64,000 bases of DNA from Vicugna vicugna. Taxonomy: Eukaryota. A model generated the notes under the pieces. The model searched no databases. It saw nothing but the letters and a program-made list of their open reading frames with translations, and had not been told where the DNA came from. The stretch's first letter is position 1, and every line of letters starts with the position of its first letter. Below, piece after piece: positions 23,646 through 33,010 of the stretch. The stretch covers positions 62,001 through 126,000 of the forward strand of contig MU057801.1 in NCBI GenBank assembly GCA_013265495.1. Reading direction: 5' to 3'. The position numbers were made by a program, and so were the translations under genes.

Positions 23646-23962
23646 GCTGTGATCTGAATGTTTGTGTCCCCTCCCCCAAATCGTGTGAAACCCTGGTGCC
23701 CAGGGTGATGGTACTAGGAGGGAGGGCCTGTGGGAGATGCTTCATCCCTCACTAGTGGGATTCCTGCCCTTACAGAAGAGTCCCTTAGTCCTCCACCCAT
23801 GTGAGGCTGCCACACGGAGTCTGCAGCCAGAAAGGGGGCCTCACCCAACCACGCTGGTGCCCTGACCTCAGGCCTCCCGCCTCCAGAACTGTGAGCAGTG
23901 CGTCTCGGTGGGTTGTCATATCCGTAACATTTTGTTAGAGCAGCTCCAAGGGACTAAGACAC
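23646..23962 (+). mobile_element. MaLR LTR (MLT1A-type)
   Basis: tgctgtgatctgaatgtttgtgtccc...cctccagaactgtgag...gactaagaca. Confidence 0.85.
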
Positions 23963-24186
23963 AATGTGTAAAAGCTGGCTCAGTGCCGAGCATCCAGCCA
24001 GCGCTCACAACTGTGGTTGTTTCTGCCATCGTCAAGTTGGGATTTGCTTCAGTGACAAGCGGAGAGGCCTGTAGGCGAGGGCAGAGTCTCTGCGACCCGG
24101 TTCTCACCTCCACGCCGGAGTGAGAAGCCTGGTGTGGGCGTCACAAGGCCGTGAGGGCCCGGCTAATAATGGTCAGTTTATAACAA

Positions 24187-24490
24187 GCATTCTCAGCGGG
24201 GACTGTGTTGGCCCCAAGAAGCCAAAAATTGTTTGGGGGTTAAAAAAAAATCCTACCGTTTTTGTGTATAAATCACAGAGACCCATGTGACACATGAACA
24301 AATATACAATAAATCTATGGTATTAAAATTTAACCAGGGGGTCAATTAGAAAACATTGTCTAATGGGGAAGGTACAGCTCAGTGGTAGCACGTGCTTATC
24401 ACGCACGAGGTCCTGGGTTCAACCCCCAGTACCTCCACTGAAAAATAAAAACAAAACAACAACATTGTCTAGAAGCCTCCTGGAAGCGGA
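24187..24490. mobile_element. hAT-Charlie MITE interrupted by a SINE
   Basis: gcattctcagcgggg..ccccaag..aaaattg..ggtattaaaattt pattern. Confidence 0.5.
24365..24460 (+). mobile_element. Camelid-type tRNA-derived SINE
   Basis: ggggaaggtacagctcagtggtag (A box) and ggttcaaccccc (B box), A-rich tail; TSD aacattgtcta at 24352-24362 and 24461-24471. Confidence 0.9.
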
Positions 24491-24837
24491 CAGTAACAGT
24501 AACAAAACCCTGCTGGCTTCTCACAGGCAGGAGAAGTTACTGCTGACTCTCGCCTGACTTTGGAGCATCCTGGTGGCGCTGTTTAGTTTGCAGGGTTCAT
24601 GTCCTCTTCTCTGCAGTGGGGAGTTAACAGCTGAACTTTCATGAAGTTGTTTGGTCAAGTGTACCCGGCAAGGCACCAGGCTTTTTGGCAAAACATCCAC
24701 CTGTTTGTGGTTAAGATTTTCCTGGTTCTCATTACAACCAGACTCGGTTAACATTTTGAAAACCACAAGGCTTGGCTCTGATGGCCAAGGCGACCAGTTC
24801 ATCCAGCACGGTGTCCTTTGACTCCTTCCTGACTCAC

Positions 24838-24875
24838 TTCTCCAAAGCGTCTCCTCCTGGCTGACAGCACTGAAT
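24838..24875 (-). other. 38-nt exon-like segment downstream of the SKA3-like C-terminus
   Basis: Acceptor cctttttttcccctgcctgtcag and near-consensus donor gaa|gtgagt. Confidence 0.45.
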
Positions 24876-24999
24876 CTGACAGGCAGGGGAAAAAAAGGAC
24901 CAAATTCTTTAGTTTCAGCCCGTATTTCTTTTGTCAAGGTATGATCGTTAAAAGAGTTGTTTTTTTTTAAACACAGCTCTCCTGCAGACGTCTAAGTAC

Positions 25000-25525
25000 G
25001 TGAGCTGAAGATTCATTTCGCCCTTAGGAAAGCATCAGTGGGCCGGCCAGGCTGGTTCACAGCGGGACGTGGGACGCTGGTGTGTGTATAGCCCGTCTCC
25101 GGCCAGGCTGCTAAACCCTGCTCGTAGCTTAGACGCCTGGCTGGTTCCTGACCGTCCTGCAGGGCAGTCAAACCATGGTCTTTGGAGTTGTCCTCTCCCG
25201 GGCAGTGCAACTTGTAAATTGTATTTGGATGATTGTATCTGGATATTTTGGACAGTTTTCCTTAAATAGTCACCTGGATTCGCCTGAACATCTTCTATAC
25301 CAGTCGGTCTGGGCTGTGCTGTCTCTCTGTTTGTTTTGGGGGGGGAATACTTAGGTTTGTTCATTTTTATTTATTTTTTTTAATGGAGGTCCTGGGGATG
25401 GAACCCAGGTCCACGTGCGTGCTGAGCACATGCTCCACCACTGAGCTACACCCTCCCCTCTTGGGCTGTGCAGTCTTCACAAGCGTTCGTTCTTCATTGT
25501 CCCTTTTGAGAGTCTGAAAAGCTAT
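25000..25525 (-). pseudogene. SKA3-like: SKA3-like C-terminal exon 7/8 remnants, split by a SINE
   Basis: TLVKTAQP[SINE]RPTGIEDVQ versus SKA3 [20 protein letters not shown]; then IQSSKYNLQVALP (SKYN at 25218-25229) versus [12 protein letters not shown]. Confidence 0.7.
25325..25458 (-). mobile_element. Camelid-type tRNA-derived SINE inserted in a SKA3-like exon
   Basis: Reverse-strand A/B boxes; TSD tgggctgtgc(t/a)gtct at 25310-25324 and 25462-25476. Confidence 0.9.
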
Positions 25526-25540
25526 CTGGAAAACCTTTAC

Positions 25541-25630
25541 CTTGTCTCTTGGCTTGCTGTAAATGTGTACAACAGCCCGGTGTGCAGTGTTCGCCTGTTC
25601 CGTGGTGTAGCTACTCCGGTGCATCTCAGT
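25541..25630 (-). pseudogene. SKA3-like: SKA3-like exon 6 remnant containing CTPG
   Basis: Acceptor cattatag, donor aag|gtaaag. The phase-1 frame gives HCTPG (SKA3 FCTPGL) with two stops. Confidence 0.55.
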
Positions 25631-26198
25631 CTATAATGTGATGCCATTGAAGGCAGGGTTGGGAAGGCGTTTTCACAGCCCCGACTGTGTGCAGCATCTT
25701 CCGGCTCCGGCACATCCTTGGGTGTGTTGCGTGACACATGCTGTGTGGATTATTGTCATGCTGCTCAGGTCACTTCCCAAGGGTGTGGAATCGTGGTCAC
25801 TAGGTAACTATCTCTGAAGAGCCAAAGATTAGCTCATCCGGTGGTTCTACAATTATCATCCCTGTTCCTGGAGGGCCCCTCAGGGCTTACACAAACTTGA
25901 TTCAAATTTCTTTTAAAAAGTTATATATTTAAGAAATGCAGTGAAAATAGACACGTACACACAGATGCAGCAAACATATAAAGGAGTTCAGGGCACTGAT
26001 CAACACCAGGTCTAGAATTCTTGTAACTTCTGGAAGGGAGGAGAAGATCCTCTGGGAAGGAATTCACAGGGGCGGGGAGGTGTGTGGTACCATCTTAAAT
26101 AACTTTTCTGCATGTCTTAAATATTACACAGTACCTAATAAAACACACACCTGTGAATGCATTTTATATCAAATTTCAAACCTTTAAAAACCACTAAC

Positions 26199-26302
26199 CT
26201 GTTAACTTGTGCTGCCGGACTAACTTATTTTGTACAAGTGATGGAATAAAGCTACCCCCTACCGTCTCTGTTTAATTAAAAGTTTCCCAGTGTTGCGGTG
26301 AG
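26199..26302 (-). pseudogene. SKA3-like: SKA3-like exon 5 remnant (104 nt, phase 2 to 1, one in-frame TAA)
   Basis: Acceptor catgtttttgaacag, donor cag|gttagt. FIPSLVQNKL resembles SKA3 FATPSPIIQQL. Confidence 0.55.
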
Positions 26303-26364
26303 CTGTTCAAAAACATGAAACTGTCCCTAAGAATCTTGTTTAGTTTTATTTTATATAATGAGGC

Positions 26365-27085
26365 AGTGGAATGCACTTTCAAATTTTAAAATGATTTCAG
26401 ACTTAATACATGTTGTGGGTATAGAGAGAATCCTAGTATGCCGTTTACTTACCCAGAGGAGTAAATTTTTTCATATATTCTCACACATATTTTAATCATT
26501 CTCTGATGCACACGCACGCGCACGCACACCTTTTTCTAAATTATTTGAGAGTAAACTGCACGCGTCACGTCTCTGTACTACTTAGAATTTCAGTGTTTAC
26601 TTCTTGAGAACAGGGACTTCCTTAGTCACAAGGCAGTTGTCAAATTCAGGAAACGCGATGTGAGTGCAATGCTTTAACCTACCGTCCGCATGCCCAGTCT
26701 CACCAGTTATCCCGCTAATGCCACGTGGAGTGATTTTATTGTTTATTCTGTGGATTCAGATCCAGTCTTGGGTCGTGCGTTGCCTCGAGTTGTCACTTCT
26801 CTTTAGATCTGTCCTTTCTCCCTGGATCTGAGGTGGACCTGTAGTCTTTCTTTGTCTTTGAAGCCCTTGACCTTGCCGAAGCGTTCAGGCCGGCTGTTTC
26901 TGTACAGTGACTCTCAGTTTGCATGTCTGATATCCTCACAGGCGGGTTTGGGTCCCGTGCTGTTGGCCGCAGGTGGGGCGCCGCGTCCTCCTCGGTGCCT
27001 GGTCTCGGGAGGCGCGGGTGGCGGGGCTCTCTGTCGACCATCTGCGGTGATGTCCTCCCCTTTCTCTGCGGTGGGAGGTTTCTGA
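26365..27085 (-). mobile_element. Old L1 (L1MC/ME-type) 3' fragment inside a SKA3-like intron
   Basis: aaatgatttcagactta..tttgagagtaa..aattcaggaaa..cttgacctt. Confidence 0.55.
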
Positions 27086-27094
27086 GAGCCATGC

Positions 27095-27508
27095 CTTAAC
27101 TCCAAGGACGGATGACTCAGCAGGGCTCGTTCAGACCTTCAGGATGATGGCTCCACTGTTGCTCTGAAAGCGGCACCTTGCTGGGTGAGCCAGCCTGCTC
27201 TGCAAGCCGTGAGGACTCCTGTGGCCCGGGAAGGGGCCTCTGCTCGGTGTTAGGGGCTGCAGAAGCCATCAGTGGTGACGTGTCTGGCGTGGGGCACCCT
27301 GGTGGTGAAGCTCTGACCCCAGCTGGGCCTCCGGGACAATGGCTGAGTGTAGCTGTCCCCCCCGCCCCCGCCCACGTTTGGTGATGGGATGTTGGAGATT
27401 TGTGGCTTCTCTGAGGTTTCCCCACTTTCCCGTCTGAAACGGAGACAGTCTTTCTTCTGGGCCGGGGGGCAGGCGCGCGTTGCCTGCCCCCGGCCAGGAC
27501 AGCGGCCT
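27095..27508 (-). pseudogene. SKA3-like: SKA3-like large exon 4 remnant (414 nt)
   Basis: Strong acceptor ttctaacttcctgtttttctctcag. Frame is that of ORF 27117..27425. LPGPQESSRLAEQAGSPSKV...GLNE aligns with SKA3 [20 protein letters not shown]...CLNE. Stop at 27117-27119; degenerate donor aag|gcatgg; human exon 4 recalled as ~412 nt. Confidence 0.65.
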
Positions 27509-27619
27509 CTGAGAGAAAAACAGGAAGTTAGAACATATGCATTTTGTACGTATTGGCTGAATGATGAGTTTCTCAGTGGTTCCATGTGGCTTGAATAACA
27601 AGGTAGTTTTCCTTCCCAG

Positions 27620-27791
27620 AGTAAAATATGCAAGCTAATTAAGATGTATCTTGTTGAATCACATTTGATTTTAGTGAATTATTTGGGTCCAGCACTGCTT
27701 TAAGTACTTTCACAGATTGGCTGATGAAATTCTTTCCACAAATGTTTCCTGGACGGGGAGCGCGTGGTGTCGGCAGGACAGATGTTACGCC
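27620..27791 (-). pseudogene. SKA3-like: SKA3-like exon 3 remnant (GVTSVLPTPR..GKNFISQSVKVL.., then frameshifted TKIKCDSTRY)
   Basis: cag|GGC phase-0 start. Matches SKA3 [31 protein letters not shown] with one frameshift; no clear donor. Confidence 0.6.
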
Positions 27792-28304
27792 CTGGGCCAC
27801 GTCTCAGGGATGTGATGGGCGCTTTCTAAACCTTAGCCAGTGTTTCCAAGTGGGGAAGAGGGCATTTTAAACAAGAGAGACTTGCAGAGGAGGGTGGGCT
27901 TGTGGGAGCGGCCGGAAAAGGGAACGAAGGTTTGAGTCAAACTGGACAAGACTTGTGGCACCTGCTGCTTCCAAGGGTTTGGACTTTGTGTCCCATGTAT
28001 CAGGGGCGTCCTGACTGGATTTTGTTTTAGAGCAGAGTTTCTCAAACTTGAGGGAAGAGTTGGCAGGGAGAGAAGGCCCTCACTTGTTCCGAGGGAGCTG
28101 AGTTGCCCCCAGACCACAGGTGTGGGTGCGACGCCCGGGGCAGCCGCAGCCACTCACCTGCCGGCCACTCTGAGGACGGGCGGACACTGACCCCAGGAGG
28201 GCGGAAGCAGGAGACAGAAGAGAGCCGGGGAAGCAGGGCCTCGCTGAAATCACAGAGCCCCTGGCTCAGCCCCCAGGAACCCCTAATCGCTTTCACTGTT
28301 TAGT

Positions 28305-29025
28305 GATGTTTAAGGTTTGATTTCAGAATAAGTTCAGACTTCCAGAAATTGGCAAGAGTAGTTCAGACAACCTCCCCGCTCCCCCGTTCACCATTCCTGC
28401 AGATTCACAGGTTTGTGCCGTTTCGTCCCATTTGCTGCATCATCTCTGACTTTGTGGAGAGCAGAGAGCAGACATCTCTACCTCAGCACCTCTGACTGCT
28501 GAGCGCCGTGCTTAGGACAGGGGCGCTCTCCTGCACCCCACGGCCCTCTCATCCACGTCTGGGCCCCAGTCACTGATACGGTGTCTAGTCTGAACCACAG
28601 ATAACAACCTTCATCAGTTTCCCCAGTAACATGCTCTGTAGCATGATTCTGTCTCTGGTCCAGGATCATCTGTATTTGGAGGGAGGGGTTCTTTAATCCT
28701 TTTAATCCGGGATGGCTCCCCAGCCTTTCCTTATCTCCCATGACTTTGGTATTTTTGCAGAACCCAGGCCAGTTCTTTTCTCGAATGTCCCTTGAGTGGA
28801 GCGTCTGTGTTTCCTCAGGGCTAGTTTCAGGCCCCCGCCTCCTGTTGGAATAGCCCTGCCTGATGTCGTGTTCGTCTCGGGGCCTCACGTCTGGAGGAAC
28901 ACAGCCTCCGTGTGCCCTCCTGGGGATGTCCATCTCGCCCACCTGGTCACGGTGTTGTCTGGTTTCTCCACTGTTCGGTTCCTCTCATTCCTCTTGCAAT
29001 TAATGCGCTGTCTGTGAGGAGACAT
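28305..29025 (-). mobile_element. Old L1 (L1MC4/5-type) 3' fragment inside a SKA3-like intron
   Basis: agttcagacttccagaaa..tttaatccgg..ccatgactttggtatttt..ccaggccagtt. Confidence 0.6.
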
Positions 29026-29271
29026 GACTGTGGATTCTTAAGCCGACTTGAATTGGGTTTTCTGTTCCCCACAACATAAAAGCTCCTCACTGATTCAAGG
29101 GCCTGTTTGTATTGTGGGATTAATTGCTCATTACGGTGCGGAAACAAGCAAGGGATTATGATGAGAAGAATAGGAGAAGTTTCTTAAAAGCTCTAATTGT
29201 GGTCAGATGGGAGCAGAGCTGGACCGGAGTGCGTGGGTGTCCTGAGAGCACTAATCATTCGGTTAGACGCT

Positions 29272-29347
29272 TCTTAATCTTTGAATTTCTTTTGCTGTGG
29301 CCGTCAGAGGCCTCAGCACAGTCAAGCAACTTGTAGCTCAGCTTAAA
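29272..29347 (-). pseudogene. SKA3-like: SKA3-like exon 2 remnant (..VLRPLTATAKEIQRLR)
   Basis: Aligns to SKA3 MRILYDLHSEVQTLK. Acceptor ambiguous (ttcag at 29348 or gag at 29337); donor lost. Confidence 0.6.
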
Positions 29348-29867
29348 CTGAATATTATTTACCAACATAATTAACTATAATGTGTTACTGAGTCAGCAGT
29401 CCCAGGACAGAGAACTATTACACATACATATACGTGCACACACGTGGCAGGAACACAGCTGCTTAATTAAACCCTCCGGCCTCCCACTAAATCTCATGCT
29501 TCATAAGCCATTGTTGCCTGCCAACCCCCCAAACAAGGCAAAGCGTGTAACTATGCAAGATTCAACTAACACATCTAACAAACATTGCTCTTACTTCTCC
29601 AACCCAAAGCTAGTGTAGCTGCAGTTTCCTAATAATACCAATTACTTTGATGGATAAGTTTTATATAGAAAGACATTCCCCTAGGTCTGCCATTGGCCTC
29701 GAACAAAATTTAAAAAAATACATTTTAATAATCTCCAAAACAAATAAATATTTCAATACTAATTTTAACACAACCCAAACTGCTACACCAAATGCCAGTA
29801 TGTCGCTTAAATTCATAAAGGATTCTCTGTTAATAAAAATGACATCCTCGAGTCAAAATAGATTTAC

Positions 29868-29970
29868 CATCAGTTGCACTGAATAACATTTTAACTTCTG
29901 TGCAAATAACTTTCAATTTTTTGCCAACTTGCAACAGTTTGCAAAATAAGTCTTTTGTTTCCATTTTTAC
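29868..29970 (-). pseudogene. SKA3-like: SKA3-like first coding exon: METKDLFCKLLQVGKKLKVICTEVKMLFSATD(G), ATG at 29964, 97 nt coding, phase-1 end
   Basis: Branch point and acceptor ctaacattttccag|GTAAAAATG; donor GATG|gtaaat; open frame. FC-KL motif and heptad pattern match SKA3 MDPIRSFCGKLRSLASTL; human exon 1 CDS recalled as ~103 nt, phase 1. Confidence 0.75.
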
Positions 29971-30109
29971 CTGGAAAATGTTAGTTATACTCACAAAGAA
30001 TAGTGGTTATTTACAGGGACATAGAAATTTTATGCAAAATATGCTTATATATTTTTTCCAGATTTTTATATTGGCAAAAACGTTTGCATTAATTGTGAAT
30101 GCAGTACCA

Positions 30110-30360
30110 CTGAGCAGGATTCTTAAGAGAAGCAGTGAACCAGACCCTGAGACAAGGATTCGTCTGAAAGACATTAACTGGGAGGTGATCTCCGGGGATA
30201 TCAGCAGCGAAGCGGGGACGGGAGACAAGGAAGGGGAAGCAGCCGTGAAGTGTGTGGTTGTGTGTGCACGTGGTTGTGACTGGCTTGGTTTGGGTGCCCC
30301 TGGAGCAGACCCTAAGGTAAAGATTCAAGTGCAAATAGTTTGGAGGAGGTTTTTCTAAGG
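30110..30360 (-). mobile_element. Two tandem ERVL LTR (LTR16/LTR33-type) 3'-end fragments
   Basis: cagaccctgagacaaggatt..gggaggtgat, recurring as cagaccctaaggtaaagattcaagtgcaa. Confidence 0.55.
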
Positions 30361-30564
30361 ACTAAACTTTACTGCTTGAAGGACATCCTAGATGCATTAC
30401 TGGTGGGCGAAACAGAAGCTTCCATTCACGCCACCTTAGCGAGAACCAAGAACTCAGAAAGCTAGAGCAGTTGCCTCTTTGGATACCAAAAAACAACATA
30501 TTAAAGTCCATCACAGAGAACAAATAAGGAAGCACTCAGCAGAGCAAAAACAAGCGGGGGGTAC

Positions 30565-30840
30565 TCAGACACAGAAAACAGACTTAGGTTACCAGGGCAG
30601 AAAGGGGTGGGAGGGATAAACTGGGAGTTTGGGATTTGCAGATACAAACTGCCATATATAAAATAGATAAACAACAGGGTCCTACTGGACAGCACGGGGA
30701 ACTGTATTCAATATCTTGTAACGAACTATAATGGAAAAGAATATGAAAAGGAATATACATACGTGTGTGTAACCGAATCACTGTGCTGTGCACCAGAAAT
30801 TAACACCACATTGTAAGTCGACCATACTTCAGTTAAAAAC
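30565..30840 (+). mobile_element. L1 3' end
   Basis: gggataaactgggagtttgggatttgcagatac..gaatcactgtgctgtgcaccagaaa. Confidence 0.9.
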
Positions 30841-30974
30841 GAAACAGCAGGCTAATTGCCCTAACAAGGGAGCAGGGATCCTGGAGCTCACAAGCCCAGG
30901 GAAGAGTCAGAAAGAATTGCAGACATGGGTTTGGGTTGATTCGTACTGTGACTAGGAGGGAAAATGGAGGTTCA

Positions 30975-31385
30975 GGTCTCCCGCGGCTGCAGGTGGGTCT
31001 CACAACAGAGAGAGCCTTTGGTTACTTGGCACGTGGAGGCCAGGGAAGAAGACGGTGAGGCCGAGGCGGAGATCCTGACCCGGGGTGCCGTCTCTGCCGG
31101 AGCCCGGAGCCTGTCCTCTGGCGGGAGGGCTGAGTGAGGAGGGAAAGGCGCCCAGGCACGGGGTGTCATCAAGCCAGCCCCACCGCGGCGGTGACTGGAG
31201 CCTGAGCTCACGGGGACCCGGGAGACAGCGCAGAACAGCACCTGGGAGCCGCCCCACCTGGATGGCGAGGGAGCCGGGCAGGCGAGGAGCCGCCCTGTTG
31301 CGCCTGGCGCATGCGCCTTCAGAATCTCACCTGCCCGCGGCTCCGGCTCAGCCTTCTTGCAACTCGCTGGTCCACGTACGTGGTG
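30975..31385 (-). promoter_or_regulatory. CpG-rich promoter / non-coding first exon candidate with NRF1 site
   Basis: High CpG density. Palindrome GGCGCATGCGCC at 31306-31317 contains the NRF1 consensus. Minus-strand donor candidates (cag|gtgggg at 31258, caa|gtaacc near 31026). Lies ~1.3 kb upstream of the SKA3-like ATG exon. Confidence 0.6.
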
Positions 31386-31387
31386 TG

Positions 31388-31875
31388 GCTGCGTTATCGA
31401 ACTCGGGTTTGGCTGCTCGCTGCTCAAAAGCCAATAATTCAAGAGACAAGTGTCAGAAGGAGGGAAATGTTCTTGAATCAGAAAAGCTGGCAGTCTGGGG
31501 ATATGGCAGTCTTCTATCCAGAGACCATCTCCAGAGATTCTGCTCAGCCATGACCGTGGCGGGGCGAGGGGCAGAATCTGAGTGAGTCGTCAGAGCAGGG
31601 CGCTGGGTCTGCATCCTTCTCTCCACTGGGTGCAGAATGGCTGACTCTCTCCAGATGATCTCTTGCCTCCTGTGATCTGCCTGCAGGATTGCTAAGGGGG
31701 CTCTTGGGGGTAGAGAGTTAATCATTCTTTAACTGCTTAATTCTTCATTCTTCCTTTTAATCTAGGAAAAGAATGAGCAGGTTAGACGAGGCGGAGGTGC
31801 ACTGAGGAGCATAAATCAGGAGCTAGTTTCAGTTGCTCAGCGATCTCATTCCTGTGATCAGGTTCTTTTGAGGTT
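31388..31875 (-). mobile_element. ERV1-class LTR abutting the CpG/NRF1 promoter
   Basis: gttatcgaactcgggtttggctgctcgctgctcaaaagccaata motif typical of cetartiodactyl ERV1 LTR ends. Confidence 0.6.
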
Positions 31876-32659
31876 CGAGGGGGACAGAAATGGGCCAGCA
31901 GGAAAGGGCGAAAGGGCTGCTTTCAGCCGGGAGTGACCCTGGGCAATGTCAGGTGTGAAAGCACGGCACAAGAACCGGGCTGGGCTGGGGGTGGTCAGGA
32001 ACGTTCTCCGTCTCTGCTCTCGTGGGGGCGCCATTCTGGAGGGGGCTGGGCCCGACTGCACACACACCACTGCTGAGGTCGGGAGACGGGGTTGGAAACG
32101 GATCAGAAAGGGGCCTGGGTACCCAGCGAGGGAGTATGGACATTAGACTCTTTAAAAACGGTTGTGCACAGTGCAAGGCAGCAGCTAGCAGCGGAGCGCT
32201 GGAAAGGTCTGCCCCTTGGGGGCGGCCTGCGGGTGGAGGGGAGCAGACACAGGCCGAACGGACCACAGACGATAGGGAGCTGCTGAAACCATTAAGGGCG
32301 CCGTGGTCCAAGGCCTGAGTGGATGGGGAGGAAGGTGAGAGACATTTGGACGGGAGACTCTCCGCACCGGGAGTGGCTGATGTGCAGAGTGAAGTGAGGG
32401 AGGAGCAGGGGCCCCTCCCTCCACGGATTCAAGCCTGGGGTTGTCGTTAACGGGGGGAGCCGGGACTTCAGAGGAACGGAATGTTAAGTGGAAAGGCAGC
32501 GTCCCAGCCTGCTTCAGGGACAGAAAGCAAAACGGAGGGCTTCTTGGCCTACTTTTTGGAGACAGACATTTCTCTAGTTCAGAAAAGGAGGTGAGAAAAG
32601 GAGAAGAGGACTCTACGAAGCCTTAGTTTGGTTTTGTGTTTGTTTTTGGTTTTGTTTTG

Positions 32660-33010
32660 TTTTTTCCTGAATTGGAAGCAGGCAAAACAAATAGCCGCGA
32701 TCCAGAAGTGACGCACGAGCCGCCAGCTGAGCGACCTGGCTTCTGCCTGCTGTCTCCATCCACCTCCGTGAAATAATAAAGGACAGAAAATAATCAGAAA
32801 TGGGGAGCCGGAAGCCACCATGCCTGGAGAACAGGGTCCGCCGAGAGGCTTCGGGCCGTGGGGGAGCCTCGTGTTCGTAGGCGGAGGGGCCGAGTGCTGC
32901 CCGGTGTCCTAGCAGGCGGGCGCAGCGGGGTTCACGGGTGCAAGCGCTCTGTGATGAGACGTGCCACGCGCCAGCCCGGTCATCGCCCCCTGCGGTGGGG
33001 CCGTAGCTCT
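32660..33010 (+). promoter_or_regulatory. Promoter/enhancer-like element with possible alternative first exon
   Basis: Forkhead-like aaaacaaata, half-CRE TGACG, ETS CCGGAAG and Kozak GCCACCATG (ATG at 32820), followed by CpG-rich sequence. Confidence 0.35.

Larger units (their letters stand above)
24838..31320 (-). pseudogene. SKA3-like: Unprocessed (intron-containing) pseudogene of a diverged SKA3 paralog
   Basis: Colinear series of minus-strand exon remnants, most with AG/GT boundaries, whose translations align by eye to successive parts of human SKA3 (recalled from memory). Carries in-frame stops, frameshifts, lost donors and a SINE inside coding sequence. Confidence 0.8.

Noticed and set aside
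24365..24440. tRNA genes (also at 25385-25458, 59555-59620 and 63165-63241)
   Set aside because: A-rich tails and target-site duplications (seen for three of the four) identify them as tRNA-derived SINEs.
24838..31320. That this is the functional camelid SKA3 gene or a SKA3 retrocopy
   Set aside because: Too diverged from mammalian SKA3, carries stops, frameshifts and a SINE, and lacks the head-to-head MRPL57 neighbour. The introns exclude a retrocopy.
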